Below are positions 36,542 through 50,584 of a DNA stretch of 64,000 nt, in pieces. Position numbers and translations under genes: made by a program. Position 1 is the stretch's first letter; each line of letters begins with the position of its first letter. The stretch is from positions 234,166 through 298,165 of the forward strand of contig NMRA01000368.1 in NCBI GenBank assembly GCA_002633005.1, read 5' to 3'. Origin of the DNA: Phoronis australis. Lineage: Eukaryota > Animalia > Phoronida. Under the pieces are notes generated by a model. The model was not told where the DNA came from. It saw only the letters and a program-made list of their open reading frames with translations, and ran no database searches.

Positions 36542-39500
36542 ATGAGGGTGAGTTCTTGGAACATTATTTTCTCAAAAAATATCTTGTGTAGTTTTTACTA
36601 CTATTTTCTCAAATAATATCTTGTGTAGTTTTTACTACATGCCCATGGCATTAATCCTAGGTAGAGTTCCGTAACGTCGCTAGTACCATCCTAGAAAAGC
36701 TTGACGGAAGCAATTCAAATTCGTCAAACTCAGCACTGAGATTAGTTAAAACAGTTTGTGAGGAACACTGTGCAGTATACTAATTGTCATTAATCTTCAT
36801 TTAATACTGATTCTTAGGTTAAGGTGATCACTGATAGCATTTACAAGTACAGTGAGAGTAGCCGCAACATCAGCATCGACTTGGATGTACGCAGTGGAAG
36901 ATGTGTTAGTTTTTGCTCAGATGGTGAGTTTAACATTACAACAAAATTAAAATTTCATTTCGCCCTAAGTCTGGCTAAAAATGAAAATCAAATTTGGAAT
37001 GAAATTTAAATTTGCTCTTTTTAAGCTTATAAAGGCACATATAACAATTATTTTATGCTAATTACCTCACCTTAGTACCACCTTATTTCTGAAATGTTTA
37101 AAAATCCGATCACGTTGTGTGATTACTATTGTTGAATTTGTCGTTCGATGTGAATTAAAATAACATTGTTGTTGAGTTTATTATTCTCATGTTTCATTAC
37201 TTCTTCTTTGCAACAGGCTGTTGTATAAGTATAAATATTATAAGTATAATTTCTATTTTATTAATATCTGTTATTATTTTAATCATTGATATTGCCATTT
37301 TATTAATATTATTGAAGTAAAAACCACATGACACTTGAGTTGTTTAAAAATGATTTCTTTTTCATTGTTGCAGAGACTGACATCACGGGAAGAAATGACG
37401 CTGTCGTGCTTCATGCAGGGACAAATGACGTGGCCAAAAGACATCACCCCATGGCGACAGCAAGGGATCACGGCGCATGGATTGCCAAAACCAGGGAAAT
37501 GTTTGATGGACCAATATTTGTGTCCTCTCTTTTACCACGACTGGATGAGTAAGTAGACGAATGTATCAAGTGGTTGTCCTACGAAATAACATCATTTTGT
37601 CACCTTTTTCACTGTTTTTGTGTTCACTTCGATGAAATGTCCCAATACTGTAATGGAAATTTCAGAGTATGAGTACATTATAAACACATCCAGTATCATA
37701 CGTGAACTAGAATCAGAAAAATCCACTATTTAATCCAATTTAATTTGCTCTTTTATCAAACTGTTCGATCATGTTGTTATTCAAAGCAGTCTATTTGTTA
37801 ATACTTGTCATATAAAGTGATTGCCCTCCTGAGACCGTTGGCTAATACAGCATTTATCCATTAATAATATATAATTATTTATTCATTTTACAGCTGACAG
37901 TCAGGTAATTTTATTTGTGACCTTGTTGTGTACTTTTCCTCACTGTGTGCCGTGGCTTTGCCTAAACCCTTGCTTTTCATTAACTTCTCATCGGGTGTGG
38001 GTGCCTGTTGTACATATAACGTGCAATAGCTCAATGCTACGTTCGTTTCACATATTCCTCGCTGAAGCTACTACAATGATATTCATTTTATGCTTCTTTT
38101 GCAGCATGAGCAAGCACTTGTACCTCACCATATTTGTGATGCGTAACTTTTCTTATTGTCTGTGTTTCCTTAATAAGGGGCATTGTGGTAATTTTAAAAA
38201 CTGTCATCATTGTATGGGTTATGTCTTTTTTGTGAGGGTATTGAATGAATTTGTGAATTTATAAATTGATGGTGTTAATCTGCTAGATCTTGTATCCTTA
38301 TCCCATAAACATTATGTGATATTTCTTTACATTTTAAAAGGCAGGCAGCAGAAGCAGACAACTACAATAAGGGGTATCTGTAGCCGCTGATGAGGAGGAT
38401 GCCACTAATGGACAACAAGATTTTCTACGTTGACTACACCACATGTTTTGACAGGCAGCGACTTCGGAGACTTTTGTCAAGGTATGTTTTTGTCAGTCAT
38501 GGGACATTCCATGTAAGTCCTGTCTAGTTTCAGATGTCTTGTAAATGCTTTAAGCTCATCAGTCAAAATAATCATCAAAAGACTCAAACTAGTGCAAGGT
38601 GCAAATAAATCATCACATGCACTCACACCTTCTGTGTTGAGAGGTTTTGGTAAGCATCCTGTCTGCATATTATCTGTTGCTTCCTTGAAACATTGGTTTA
38701 GTAGTGATGTGTCAGCACCAGTTGAATTTTGGACATCTTGGAGTATCAAACCATCCCCATTTTAAATTTACAACACAGTATTCCTTGTCTGTGACCATTT
38801 CAAAATGACTTTATCTTAACTACTTTTCCGGATATTTTTGTTATTTGGTTTCAGAGACGACGGACTTCATCCATCGAGCGAGGGTAACCGGGTCCTTCAT
38901 GAACACTTAAACTCTACTCTCGCTGCAACGTTGGACGACAGATACTTTATATGGACTAAAAGTGACTTTCCTGCACTTTCAGATGAGCAGTGCGTATCTG
39001 TATTTATACTCATTTAAATTTTTGAAATTTCCAAAAAATGCAACTAGAGGTAATGTAGTATTGTGTGTATTTGGTACCTTTTATGATTTTGCTGCATTTA
39101 CTCCTAGTACCGGGCCCTTATGCCAAACAGGTGTTGGTTACCGAGATGCACTGCTGAGACTGCCACCAAAGACTGGTATGTACAGAATTGTGTTTCCAAT
39201 CGTTTAAGCTCGAATTTTTGAGATTATATGTCGAGCTGTGCCTCAATTCAAAATTTGAGAAATAACTCAGAGGTTATTAAGTGTGTTTGAGCGTGCATGT
39301 GTGTGTGCTTGTGCTAGTGTTGGAGTAGGGGTTTGGTAGACACATATATAGCAAAATGAAAATGTTGGGCCTTTATCATGATATTATAGATCCACCTCTA
39401 GATTGCAGCACTGTGTAGCAATTATTTTCACTTCAACATTTATCTATGATTGCGCGTACTGTACATTGCTCTGTGATAAATGTTATCCCAGATACGGCAT

Positions 39501-42500
39501 TGACAGAGGCTCCAGTGCTGTCGGGACGTTACCAACCTTCGAGGTACTTAACACTTATGGCATGCAAGTGGACAACTACTTCGACTTCCAGATACATAAC
39601 CCTTTGTACAAGACTGTAATCTCATGCATGTAGTAGTCAAAGATTTAATGGATTGCTAAGTTCATTCACTACAGATTTACAATTGCAAGCCCTGACTTAG
39701 AGAATTAGTAAGCAAAATATCATAACGTAGTCGCTGGGACATGAAACACTGAATCTGTGATCTTTAGCATGCACAACAAGACGAGAAGACCAGACATACA
39801 ACCAGTGAACAAGGTTGGGAAGGTGCGAAGAAATGGTATGAGGAGAAGGGTCTCAAAGGGAGAGTTTGATGGGCAGCTAGCATCATCCGCTGATTTTCTT
39901 ATTATTATGTCCGATGGACGCTGGATTGGAGTGAGTGTCAGACTTTCAGAAATTATGTGGTTGCTTTTGCTTTATTGAGACTAAAACATGTTCAGTCATA
40001 CATTTTGTTGCAAATATTGTAAGCTTCTGTTACACTGTAAACACTAAAATGATACAGAATTCATTATTTTGTACCAATGCTCATTGTTGCCCCTTTTGCC
40101 TCATATCCTTGATTTTTCAGAATGAAGCAGCATGTCAAGAAGGCAGAGACTTAGCTCAACCAGCGCAACCAGGACGTAATGTGACGGCAGCGACATTCTC
40201 CAAACAACAGACAGCTAAGAAGAGGCCATATACTGACAGACCATCATGCCATATCAGCAGAGAACTCCACGGGAATGATCTCACAGCAATAGTTGCTCAC
40301 ATGAAGTCAACTCACTACGTAAACCTCACTTCAATACAGTATTTTATTTATGTAGGACCTTATTCAAAAATCTATATATTTAGCAATATAACTACTAAAC
40401 TATAGATTACTAGAGTTATGACTATATCAAGTGGGTCAAAAATTCAAAACTTTAGCTTTAATTTTTCAGAAAATATGTTTTGGTCAATGGATATCATGAG
40501 TTGTTAATTGACATGCAGCCACAGTATATCGCGTTTCTTTTTAAAAAGACATTGTGTGCGAAGACCAGACCGAGAGGCTAGTTGCAATGTCATGTATGTC
40601 ATGGCCTGTTGCCGACACATATTGTCGAGTTGTTGGTGAGTTGAATACCACTGATGCATATGTACAGGTTATCTCTATTACGCAAGACAAATCTCTTAAT
40701 CAGGTTTTCTTTTTTGTGACTTTTCAAATGATTGAAATGTATGTTGAAATGCATCAAACTTGATCTTCCTTATACATCCACGCGTGTTTGCGTATGTGTG
40801 GGTGCTATGTGCTGTTATCCTCACCCGTTCAATAACTGCATCACAACTAAACCTAGTCTACATTTCATTTTAAGGAGCAACGAGGTACCTCAGGCTGTTC
40901 ACAGCCAAGAAGCAAGTCCGCTTTTCAGCAGAATCTAGAGTGTACATGACTGGTGGTGGTGGTAGGAGTGATGACACTGGTGATGCTGGTGACAGTGATG
41001 GTGGTAACCTTCGATAATTGCTGTGGTAGTAATGCACCTATTAAGTATACTAACAAATCGTATGAAGGTAAATGCATTTGCATTTATGATGATGATGATG
41101 AGGATGGTAGTTCACTTACCCCTTTTCTCAGTAGTATTAGTAAAAGGGAAGCTTTATCTCAAATAGCTTATCCAGTAGTGTTACCCACACACCGAATCAC
41201 AGTATGCAATATAAATCAATTTAAAGAAGTCCAAACATGCAAATTTATGCCACGACAAACTGATATTAACAGCAGTTTTGACCTTTTGAACAAATATCCT
41301 ACAATGAATGAAGTTAAACTAAGATTTGGTACCTTCCACAAACGAGATCTTCAATACTTTGGCAACTTACATAACTGTAAGGTCATTTCACGCAAAGTAA
41401 ATGCAGAAAAGTTGTGGTTTAGGAATGCATACACTATTATCGAGCAGTCAAATAATATGAGGGCTCCAATAAACAGAAAGAACATTGAGACATTTCAACG
41501 CCAATCATTGCAGGGCAAAGACATAGACCAGGTCATGAACCACCCTGACTTAATTGTGGCAGATGCTGTGGACCTGCTTTGTAAATATTGGTTAAATAAA
41601 ATTTGCAGCTTTTTTGAATTTGGATCAGGCTAACACTTTGTGTAGCCTTTTTAATTTCCATTACGATTTGGATGTATTTAAGACCAAAGTACATTACCAG
41701 TGTGGTAGTGACCTTTCCCAAAGTAAGCTTATATTTGTTGTACATGTAGGAATCAACAGTAACAAATCTACCTTTCTAAGTGGTGAGAATGGGGAGGCTG
41801 GTAACCACTGGGCGTTACTTGTATATTCGTTTAGAAATCAAACCTTAATTTATGCAGACACAAATGGATGGGCAATACAAAATGTTCTCTCAGAGAACTT
41901 TAATGTTTTAGTCCAAAGTTTGGGTGGGTCAATTGAGTTAACTCATTATGTACACAGTCCTAATAATACACAAATGCGAAGGAAAAAATCACACATTTGT
42001 TTGCAGACTTGTTCTCATACATATCCTATCCAAACATGTGGAACAGTGTGCGGTGTGGCTGCAACTGTTGGGATGGCACTTGCTGTCTGTAATTTTGACA
42101 TCTTCACTAATTTAGCTTATGGTCAAATGGTCTCCTCACTGCACTATCTCAGAAACATAAGCAGTCATCCTTCGTTTTTGAGATTGGTTTTGATAGACTG
42201 GTTGGTTTCCAAAAAAGTTGACCATGAACAAATTAGGGTAAATGATAATGAAGTAGAGGAGAATCATGGCAATCAAACTTCGGGTCAAAATTATTCTCTA
42301 TAGTCCCATAGTAGTCTTATACTTGAGACGGTAATTGCACAAACACCAGAAACTGCCAGCTCTGACATGTCTAAAATGACACACAATTTCACTTATCGGC
42401 TTACTGAACTTGATAAGGAGACTAGACATTCAAAACCAAATGGTGAACATGAACATCCTGTCGATATGAATCATCTGGCAAACAACACTGCTGAACAGAA

Positions 42501-43861
42501 AAAGAGTTGCATTGCAAAAAACAAACTCAAGTTAACAAAAAAACAACTGGCACCAAGTAGCCATAGTATAGGAAATGATGAGTCTGTATTTCCTCAAGTT
42601 AATTCTGACAATGTCAACAGTGACAAATAACAATAATCACAATAATACCATCACCAACAGCAGCCCTGCTCTTACTAAGGACACCATAGATTTTTCTAGT
42701 ATATTACCATTTGTTAATGGAAGGTCAAAAATTTACGGAGATGGTGTTTTTTACAACTCTGTTTAGTCTTAAGGAGTGGTTCCAAAATTCAAAAGAAGTT
42801 TAAAAAGTCAAAGGAATGTTTCCGGACTTTATTAACAGTTGCGAGTGTGCTTATTGGATTCATAACAAGCAAGACCAAAACAGTGCAAAATTGGTAAATA
42901 GAATTGAAAATGTAGATTTTTCTAATATTTCTTCTTTCATTTCCAATAAGACAAAGATTTACAGAGATGGTAATTTTATGCGACTCTTTTTAGTTTTAAA
43001 CAATGGTGCACACCTTTCCAAGAGATTTGCTGGCTCTAATGGTGATACATACAGGACAATACAAAATTTCATCAACAGTAACGACTGCATTGATTGGATT
43101 AATGAAAATCAGCAACAGGTGGAAATAAGAGATGACATTATTGATGCCAGTTTGGTATCAACTTTTATTGCTTCACCGCCGTCACTCTCTTATGATCCAT
43201 AGTCACACTTACCACAGATACATCTAAAATTGTTGCTAAACAATGGCAAAATTTGCAGTCGGTATTTAACTTGCACAAACCAAGGATTGGATGATTGCAG
43301 CAGTGTGCAAAAGATTCAGGACTATGTTAACAGCAGACATTGCCAGTATTGGTTGGCTTCAGCTTCAGCAGAATTTCAAAAAAATAGGTCACTACAGGTT
43401 CGCGTTGGTTCAGATGCACTAAATTACATTGAAGAACTTCCATTTTCTGTGAATCAGGAATTAGTTATTTCAGAGCCACTCTACACGTCTTAGGAGTACC
43501 TCAAAGGGACGTCATGTGTGTCAGTAACCAAGTATCCTAACTGGGGGAAAACAAATAGACTGGACCAAAAATTTATTTATACAGGGAACTCTGTAAACAA
43601 GAACATTATCCATTGGAACTTAACATGCACTTCAAGCACAAATGGATGTAGAAGCAGGTATGGTGAACTTCTTTGTAACATCAGACAGAACATAACAGAT
43701 GATAAATGTCCCATCTGTCACGCTGATTTAAGCAGTAACAAAGTGTGTGGCAACTGCAATAGAAAACATTCTAGCCAGTGTAGTCCAGTCATTCTACGGA
43801 TAACCCGGGAATAATTGCAACAGAAGGTTTTATTGCATAAATCGTATCCTCTCACATCCCT
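36542..43861 (+). pseudogene. Degenerate spliced gene, probably transposon-borne: SGNH/GDSL hydrolase - zinc-finger-like motifs - Ulp1/C48-like cysteine protease - 3x ~75-aa repeat - Cys-rich domain; truncated by an Academ insertion
   Basis: Phase-compatible exons 36542-36547 (MR), 36818-36923 (VKVITDSI, block I), 37374-37548 (VLHAGTND, block III), 38341-38481 (in-frame TAG), 38855-38989 (DDGLHP, block V), 39108-39175, 39492-39543, 39768-39813, 40121-40318, about 40549-40635 (TAG; CHVC). A long exon from about 40875 follows, with frameshifts and stops, containing NHWALLV...IYAD...PIQTCGTVCGV. Confidence 0.75.
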
Positions 43862-46800
43862 TAGTGTGAGAAAAAAGTCTGCCGGAATCGGAGTGGCGGA
43901 AGTTGGTTTTTCAAGATGGCGGAAAAAATGGCCGCCATATTTGCAATGACCATTATAACTCGAGAGTGAAATGTGGTAGAGTAAAAATTCAAAAAGGTTT
44001 ACATATCTTTTGTGGGTCAACAACTCCATTGAAAATAATTTTGCATGGCTGCGGTGACACCGTCCGCCATTTTCCAAGATGGCCGCCAAAACTGCTTCGA
44101 GTTGCACAATTGGCATCAACAAATTAGTGCGTCGTCTTCATTTAAACATAGCCTCATAGGTTTTCTGGGTCGAATAATCCATTGAGACTTATTGCATTTG
44201 GCTCTAATGATAACTTTCGCTATTTTCCAAGATGGCCACCAAATAGTTGCTTGGTGTAATAACTTCAGATTCTAGAAACACGCCACCTTCACAGATTTCA
44301 TATCCTGAGTTTCATAGGTCAACATGTCCATTAAAATTATTTTTTTTGTCGTGCTCTGATTTATACGACTACCATTTTCAAGATTGTTAAACAAATAATA
44401 ACTTATTTGGGTGAAAAGCATCAGGTTCGCCTGGACTGAAGGCTCAATGTCTGGAAAATATGTGCTGTATCGAAAATAATTATCTGCAATTAATTTAGTA
44501 ATCTACTATCCACACCAATTAACCGTCTGTGTCACCTCCAGTTAGCTGTAAATATTAGTGAATACAGCAGCAGTTGAGACATGAGAACGGTTTAACAAGG
44601 TCTGTTTAGCAAATTAAACAGTTTATAAGCGCTTGTTCAGCTTCCACTAGGCTTCTGTCTAATGATGTTACATGTGCGTTCGAAGCAGTAATTCTCAGTC
44701 TGTGATCAAAATCTATACACAATCAACAAGTATTTACACAACTAATGTTTTTCAACTGAGAATGAATTGCTGCAGCTTATATGACTGTATTCTCCGCATG
44801 CAACCGAGCACGGCAATCCTAACTTCTTGCGAGTATATCTCTTGGAACTGCGGTTGGTCTTGCACGAGCATCTTGCTACTTTCAACAGGTTCTCTGGTGC
44901 TGTTGGCTGGTCCATCGTCGTGGGAATGAATTTTCCACTTGCCAGCATCCATCCCCAATACAGCGAGTCTAGGCTATTGCCACGGAAACTTGACCACTCT
45001 TTTTCTTGATAATATGTCCCGGCAGAATGGAATTTAGCTACTGAAGAAAGTTGGTGGTAATGACTATTTTGACTGTGGCTAGTCTGACACCTCATCCACA
45101 AATCGCTTGTATCGCAAGCCATCTAAATTTCCAGAGCCAGTACCGCCATAAAGCATAGACAAAACTCTTCCCAGCTTCAAATATGTCTTGCTTCAGCTTC
45201 ATGGGTCTTGTGGGTACTCCAGCGTTTTCGCAGAATTCTCAATCACACAGTTTCTTGAATGGGAGAGCCTTTGCTAATACCGAACAGGCGTAATGTTTTA
45301 TTGCAACCACCTATTGCATGCGCAAATGGCAAAACTGTGCAAGTTTCGGCACCAAGAGACAACTGTAGTTTCTTGATGTCACAGACTCTCCTCTTGAGCA
45401 TTGGAAATTGTTGTGAAGTAGCATGGTAACGCAAAAGAGCCAACAAGTCTGTCAGTGTATCGTCTGCAATAAGGGTAGTTGGACCTTGTGCTGCATTCTC
45501 TACTGATGCTTCTACAATTAAAACCTCTGTATCACCTTGAACTTTTACCACTGTGAAACCAGCATTTCCTAGCAAACTTGACAAAAAGTGAATGAATCAT
45601 TGTTTGTTTTTGCTCTTTGCCAAAAATGTTCCTTCTTTGACTTGATCACCATGTCACCATTGAAGTGAACTTCAGTTCCAACCACCCCACCCAGTCTTCG
45701 AAAATGGGAGTCACCTTTAGTTGATGGTCCATCTCAGTAACCATCAAAAACAACAGTAGGCTGGGTGCTCTTGCTGAAGTAATCCACATAAGGTCTACCA
45801 AACGACTGAAACGTTGCACCTCTAGGCCATGGAATACGGTGATGGAGAGAACCCCCTTCGATGCATGCATAACCGTGTTGTCTGGAAATTGAAATCCTCA
45901 GGTAGTCCCCCACTGGACTAGAGCGCATCAGCTAATATTGCTTTATTTGCACCTGTGGGAAGACCAGATGTATCAAAAAAGAGCCGGGGAACCAACACAC
46001 AGCTCAAACTTCAAAAGGCACGATGAACTTTCACTGTTGTCTTTTGCAGTTGTCAGGATTTGCTGAAATAGCAGTCGTGGATCCACTTCTGCAAAATTAC
46101 TATTACCAACATGAACTGATTGACTTGTCATTGTCACAACCTTGTCTTTCTTTCTGAATGTGAAGTCTTTCACACTTGACTCCTCCATAGTCAAGTGAAT
46201 CGCCTTCCCCACTTCTTTGGCATTTTTGGCATTGACGCGTGTGCCTGAAGTCACACCAGTGGCTATGTTCTGTAGTGTTTCTCTTTAAAATGGGTTTCTG
46301 TTGCGGAGGAATTCAACAAGGCTGAGGATGTCTTTGCCATCCCACGACTGTCTAGCCTGGGTACATTCTTTATGATGCTGGCAGCCACGGTGCACACTGC
46401 GCATCTCCCATTTTGGAACCTTTATTAAACCTCCTGTTGCTTTAATACTTTTCATGAGCGTTTGTTCAATTACAAGATCATATGACAAGCCTGCCCAGAA
46501 TCTGTCACTTTGTCTTAGGGCTTGTAATGGCCGTAGACGTCTGGGCGGGTGCCTTTGAGTTGCTGCATCTGCTGCAAGTGTATGTATGCAGATTTTGCAT
46601 AAGAGTTGTGACCATGCAGCTGCAAAATAAGGCAGCATTTCAAAAATTGCTTTTAGGCGGAACTCCCAATCTGACGTTATTTCTGCTCTTAAGAAATTCA
46701 AAGGATGTCAAGCACCTTCATATACTGTTGTCAAAGACTGGTGATTCGACTTTGCGAGGACAAGTCTGATTTATGTGCTTCGACTTTTATGGATACCTAC

Positions 46801-47478
46801 AAGACACTCCGACGAGCATACATCACCGCGCAAACGCCATGCCAGCAATAAGATCTGCAGCTTCAGACCAGCTCTCAAATCATCATCAAGTATATAATTG
46901 GCTTTCGACGAACTATCTTTTCTGTCACTGCGAATTCTGAAGACCTATACTCTGATTCAGTCGTGTTTGAGTTTACCAGTGGCCGTAGTTCAGAAGCCGG
47001 AAGTGAACTCTCGTGAGGGTATTCCACTGTTATCCAAGGTTTAGAATCGGAAGACACTCGCTGTGCATTGCATACCCAAGCGTACATGTATACATCTAGT
47101 TGTGTGATCATTTGGGATGTCTAAAGAATCTGTCTCCATATTCTGACGAGCCAACATTTGTGTACAGACATTGAATTGCTCCACCCCTTGGCACGGAATC
47201 TGTGTGCTCTGTGTTGCTGACATTCTGGACTCCTAGAATTTTTGAAGAACCGGAACTTCTTTCTTCATTGGTTCTGGATTGGCGTAACTTAATCTGTCAA
47301 TATTTGGAAGTGGGATGTTGAATGCCCTGGCTTTTATGATAGCATTCAGTGCTGAGTACCAATATACATGTATGCCCCCTCACTGCTCTGTCCACACTTT
47401 TTCCATTTAACATAAGGATCACACTGTTTGATGCATGCACCGTCTCAAGAACTTCTTGAAGCCCTGTGCCTGACATTA

Positions 47479-50400
47479 CAGTCAAGTGACCTAATTATCG
47501 GACTTTTTTTGGCACATTTTGCATTATATTTGATTGAAAATACTACGGATTGTTGTAAATCCTTTGCTGAAATAAAGACTTACCTTCACGGAATTGTTCT
47601 GTTACTATGTATTGTCACTGAAAGCCACATTTACTTTCCGACTGATCTTTAAAAAAACACAACAAGCTAACCTTCGGAGAACCTAAATATCGGACACCAT
47701 GTTTCACTATACGCCACACCGCGGAAAACGGACTAACCACGTAATGGCCGCGGGCACCTTGCAGCCAAATTTCAGCTCGAGCGTATTGACATACATGTAT
47801 ATGCTGCTAGAACACAGGTCCATTCGCAACAAAATTATCCATAAAATGAAATCTGATGACGGCGCCAAGTCATTTCGATGAATTAGTGCAGACGACTAAA
47901 GCACGTGCAAACTCATTGCAGTTTTTAGTATAACTTTGGCTTTTTGATATGACACCCGCACGTGCGCGGTAGGGGTTTGACTTGAGTTTAAAGTCCTACT
48001 CTCACGCGTTCTGAACCATTATTACATGGTTAGAGGATGTTATGAGAATCCAAGAAGTACTTACCCCATAACTATTACACAATCCGTGCTCGAAAAAAAT
48101 TTAAATGAACGGGCCACTCACGATTCGCACCCGAAGAGCCACCGCCATTCTGAACTTGCCGCAAACCCGGAAGTACAATTCATTCAGGAACCCAGGCCGA
48201 GAAAACGCCGTCAGTGCGACTGGAGCAGTGCCTGTACTGTTACCAGCCAGCAAACGGGGATAAAATAATCGACAGCGTGACTTAATTTTAATAAAATCAA
48301 ACTACGGACAATTTTATCGAATTTTCTGAAGAAATCTGGTTTATTTAGAACTTGGGTACTTCTGGCGAACTGTGCAAAGTTGTTGGCTTTCAATATAAAT
48401 TTTCCCAGACTTTGTATGAGCGCACCAAGCCTAAAAGAATGGGGGGCTGGAATTTTTGGGAATGTCCTTTTTTCTACTATAAGATTCAGTGGGTATGTTC
48501 AGAGCTATGAATTGCAGACTCTAAATTTTGGTACTTCCTGTCTTCTAGTGGAATATTGTCTCATTTTCTACTTTTTCGGAATTCGTGCTTCTGTGACTGA
48601 GGCAGACCTTTTTCCAGTTCTCCAAAAAGGGGGCTCGTTCGAGCACATAAGTATGACAAGTCCAATACAACATGTTATCATTTTTTATTCTTTAAGCCAA
48701 AATGATTCAAACTTTTAACATAATAAGTAACTTAAAATGCACAATACTTTACAACATTTAGCATTACAAACACTATTCAACAGCAACAGTTTCCATGATA
48801 TGAAAGTGGACATACATGTAACTATTAGCATGGTGACGGAATAGTGTTTCCTTACACCAGAATTTGACAAGCATCATTTAAAAAATATGAAGTTGCAAGG
48901 AACAAGAATTAGAGGCTTGAAGCTTCTCAATCCAACATAGCTTATTTCTCAAATTAAGATTATTCATATTGTTGACTTGATAACCTGAATTAAGAAGCAA
49001 TAAGTTGCAAAACATGACTTGAAAGCAATTGAGACTTAAAATTTTTAAAAATATGAATCATTTTGTGACACCGAATCAAGTCTTGAACAGCAGTTGACAG
49101 TCAAACAAAAAAACCATTTCAAAATTATTTCAACTATTTTTAGCTTGGTGTAAGATCACCTGAATGGGAAATTTACAATAACATAATTCGAATATATCTT
49201 ATATTTTTGCACAAAAAACACGAAAATTGAACAAAGTTTCTTTTTTTAGCAACGTTTGTCAAAATGTATCAACGTTAAATCTTCACAAATCGCAAAGTAG
49301 CCGATTGAACATGCCTTTCAGTTCAGCAAAAGTCGCCATGTTGTCGGTGCCGCCAGAAATGAGACGAAGTCCAACGGAAATTGTGAGCACATTTATCACT
49401 TAATGAGTAACAACTGCGAGGCTGAAATTTGGTGAACACTGTTAAATCGTGCAGAATAGTAAGTAAAGAGATGTCTACCTAAATTTCACCGTAATTTGTT
49501 GGCGAAAACAATTTACACAAAGTTTTAAACTCGTAACTTATCCCGCTGTCCTTTAATATGGCCGACGCGATCCAAACAAAGTGACCCAAATTTCGCCACA
49601 AAACTTGCAATAACTTTACACTGCTTGACCCGATTTTGATACATTTTCGATTTTTACTGAGTAGAATGCACTGCCTTTCCGATGATAGCAAAGTACTTTT
49701 TCAATACGAGACAAAAATAAAACTGAAAAAATTGGTTCGACCCATATTGGTTCCCAGGTTCGACCGGCCTACGTAAGGAACTAAACACCAATGCTATTTT
49801 AACATACTAAGTACGCGTAACATTCCAAAAAAATCAGCGACCACTAACTACAAACTATAAATACACTACATATGCAATCAAATCACGAGATATTACTAAT
49901 AAAACAAAATAATGAAGACTTTTCGAGCAAGCCATAGCACATTCAGTTACAAGGAAAAAATGGCGGCGTTCAGGACAAGTTCCTGAACTGATGAGCCGGA
50001 AATGTGGTACGGAGATAACCGATGACAGCCGGTAATTATACGCTCACAGAGAAGGGTCAAATACTGTTAATCGCTTTTGGCAAGAAAGGCGAAAAGAATA
50101 TAAAGAAAGGGTGTCGAAAATAAGATTTTATGTAGTAAGTATTTTCGGATACTGGAACCACATGGGCAGTTTGAGAGAAGGACTTTAAAAACAAATGAAA
50201 AAATGGAACAGTGACATATTGTCAGTTCAATGAGATGGTTTCATTGTGGAAAAGATTTTTTCAACTTTGATAACCGATTTATGCGATCGTCCATTTTAGG
50301 CGGACTTGGGGGTCTAAATTGCAACCTCTCTCGGTGAAATCAAAACCAGGCAACGCTGTAAAAAACGAGACGGTGCCGGACATTGAATGCATTACAACGG

Positions 50401-50501
50401 AACAAAAATTGGTGTCATTTAATTCGCAGATTATGCTTCAAGTATGGTTTTGTGAAATGTCCGATATTTAGGTTCCGTCCGATAATTAGGTACACTATGT
50501 G
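47479..50501. mobile_element. Non-autonomous Tc1/mariner/pogo-type element with TA duplication, inserted in the Academ ORF
   Basis: TA at 47477-78 and 50502-03; inverted ends share acctaattatcggac; removing the element restores in-frame GGA TTC GTA ATG TCA (GFVMS). Confidence 0.85.
47992..50184. mobile_element. Kolobok-like non-autonomous element with TTAA duplication nested in the TA element; contains further insertions (about 48422-49150 and 49151-49556)
   Basis: TTAA|AGTCCTACTCTCA ... TGAGAGAAGGACT|TTAA, TIR 12/13 identical, purine-purine terminus. Confidence 0.7.
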
Positions 50502-50584
50502 TACGAATCCCATACATCCCAGAAAGCTCATCTCAGTATGAAATCTGCCAAGCCTGACTAAGAACAAGTGACTGGGTCTACGGT

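Larger units (their letters stand above)
43862..50570 (-). mobile_element. Degenerate AcademX DNA transposon (transposase + XPG/PIN-like nuclease + C-terminal Cys-rich CXC), interrupted by nested insertions
   Basis: Minus-strand fragments RLGRFHTEMSFLGCMGFV|MSGTGLQEVLETV...MLNGKSVDRAVRGH, FWAGLSYDLVIEQTLMKSIK, VDPRLLFQ, VVFDGY, GDTEVLIV...TDLLALL, AHAIGGC, WGW...APENLLKVARCSCKT...GLPCSVAC. Terminus TAG at 43862 with repeated subterminal caagatggc motifs. Confidence 0.8.
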
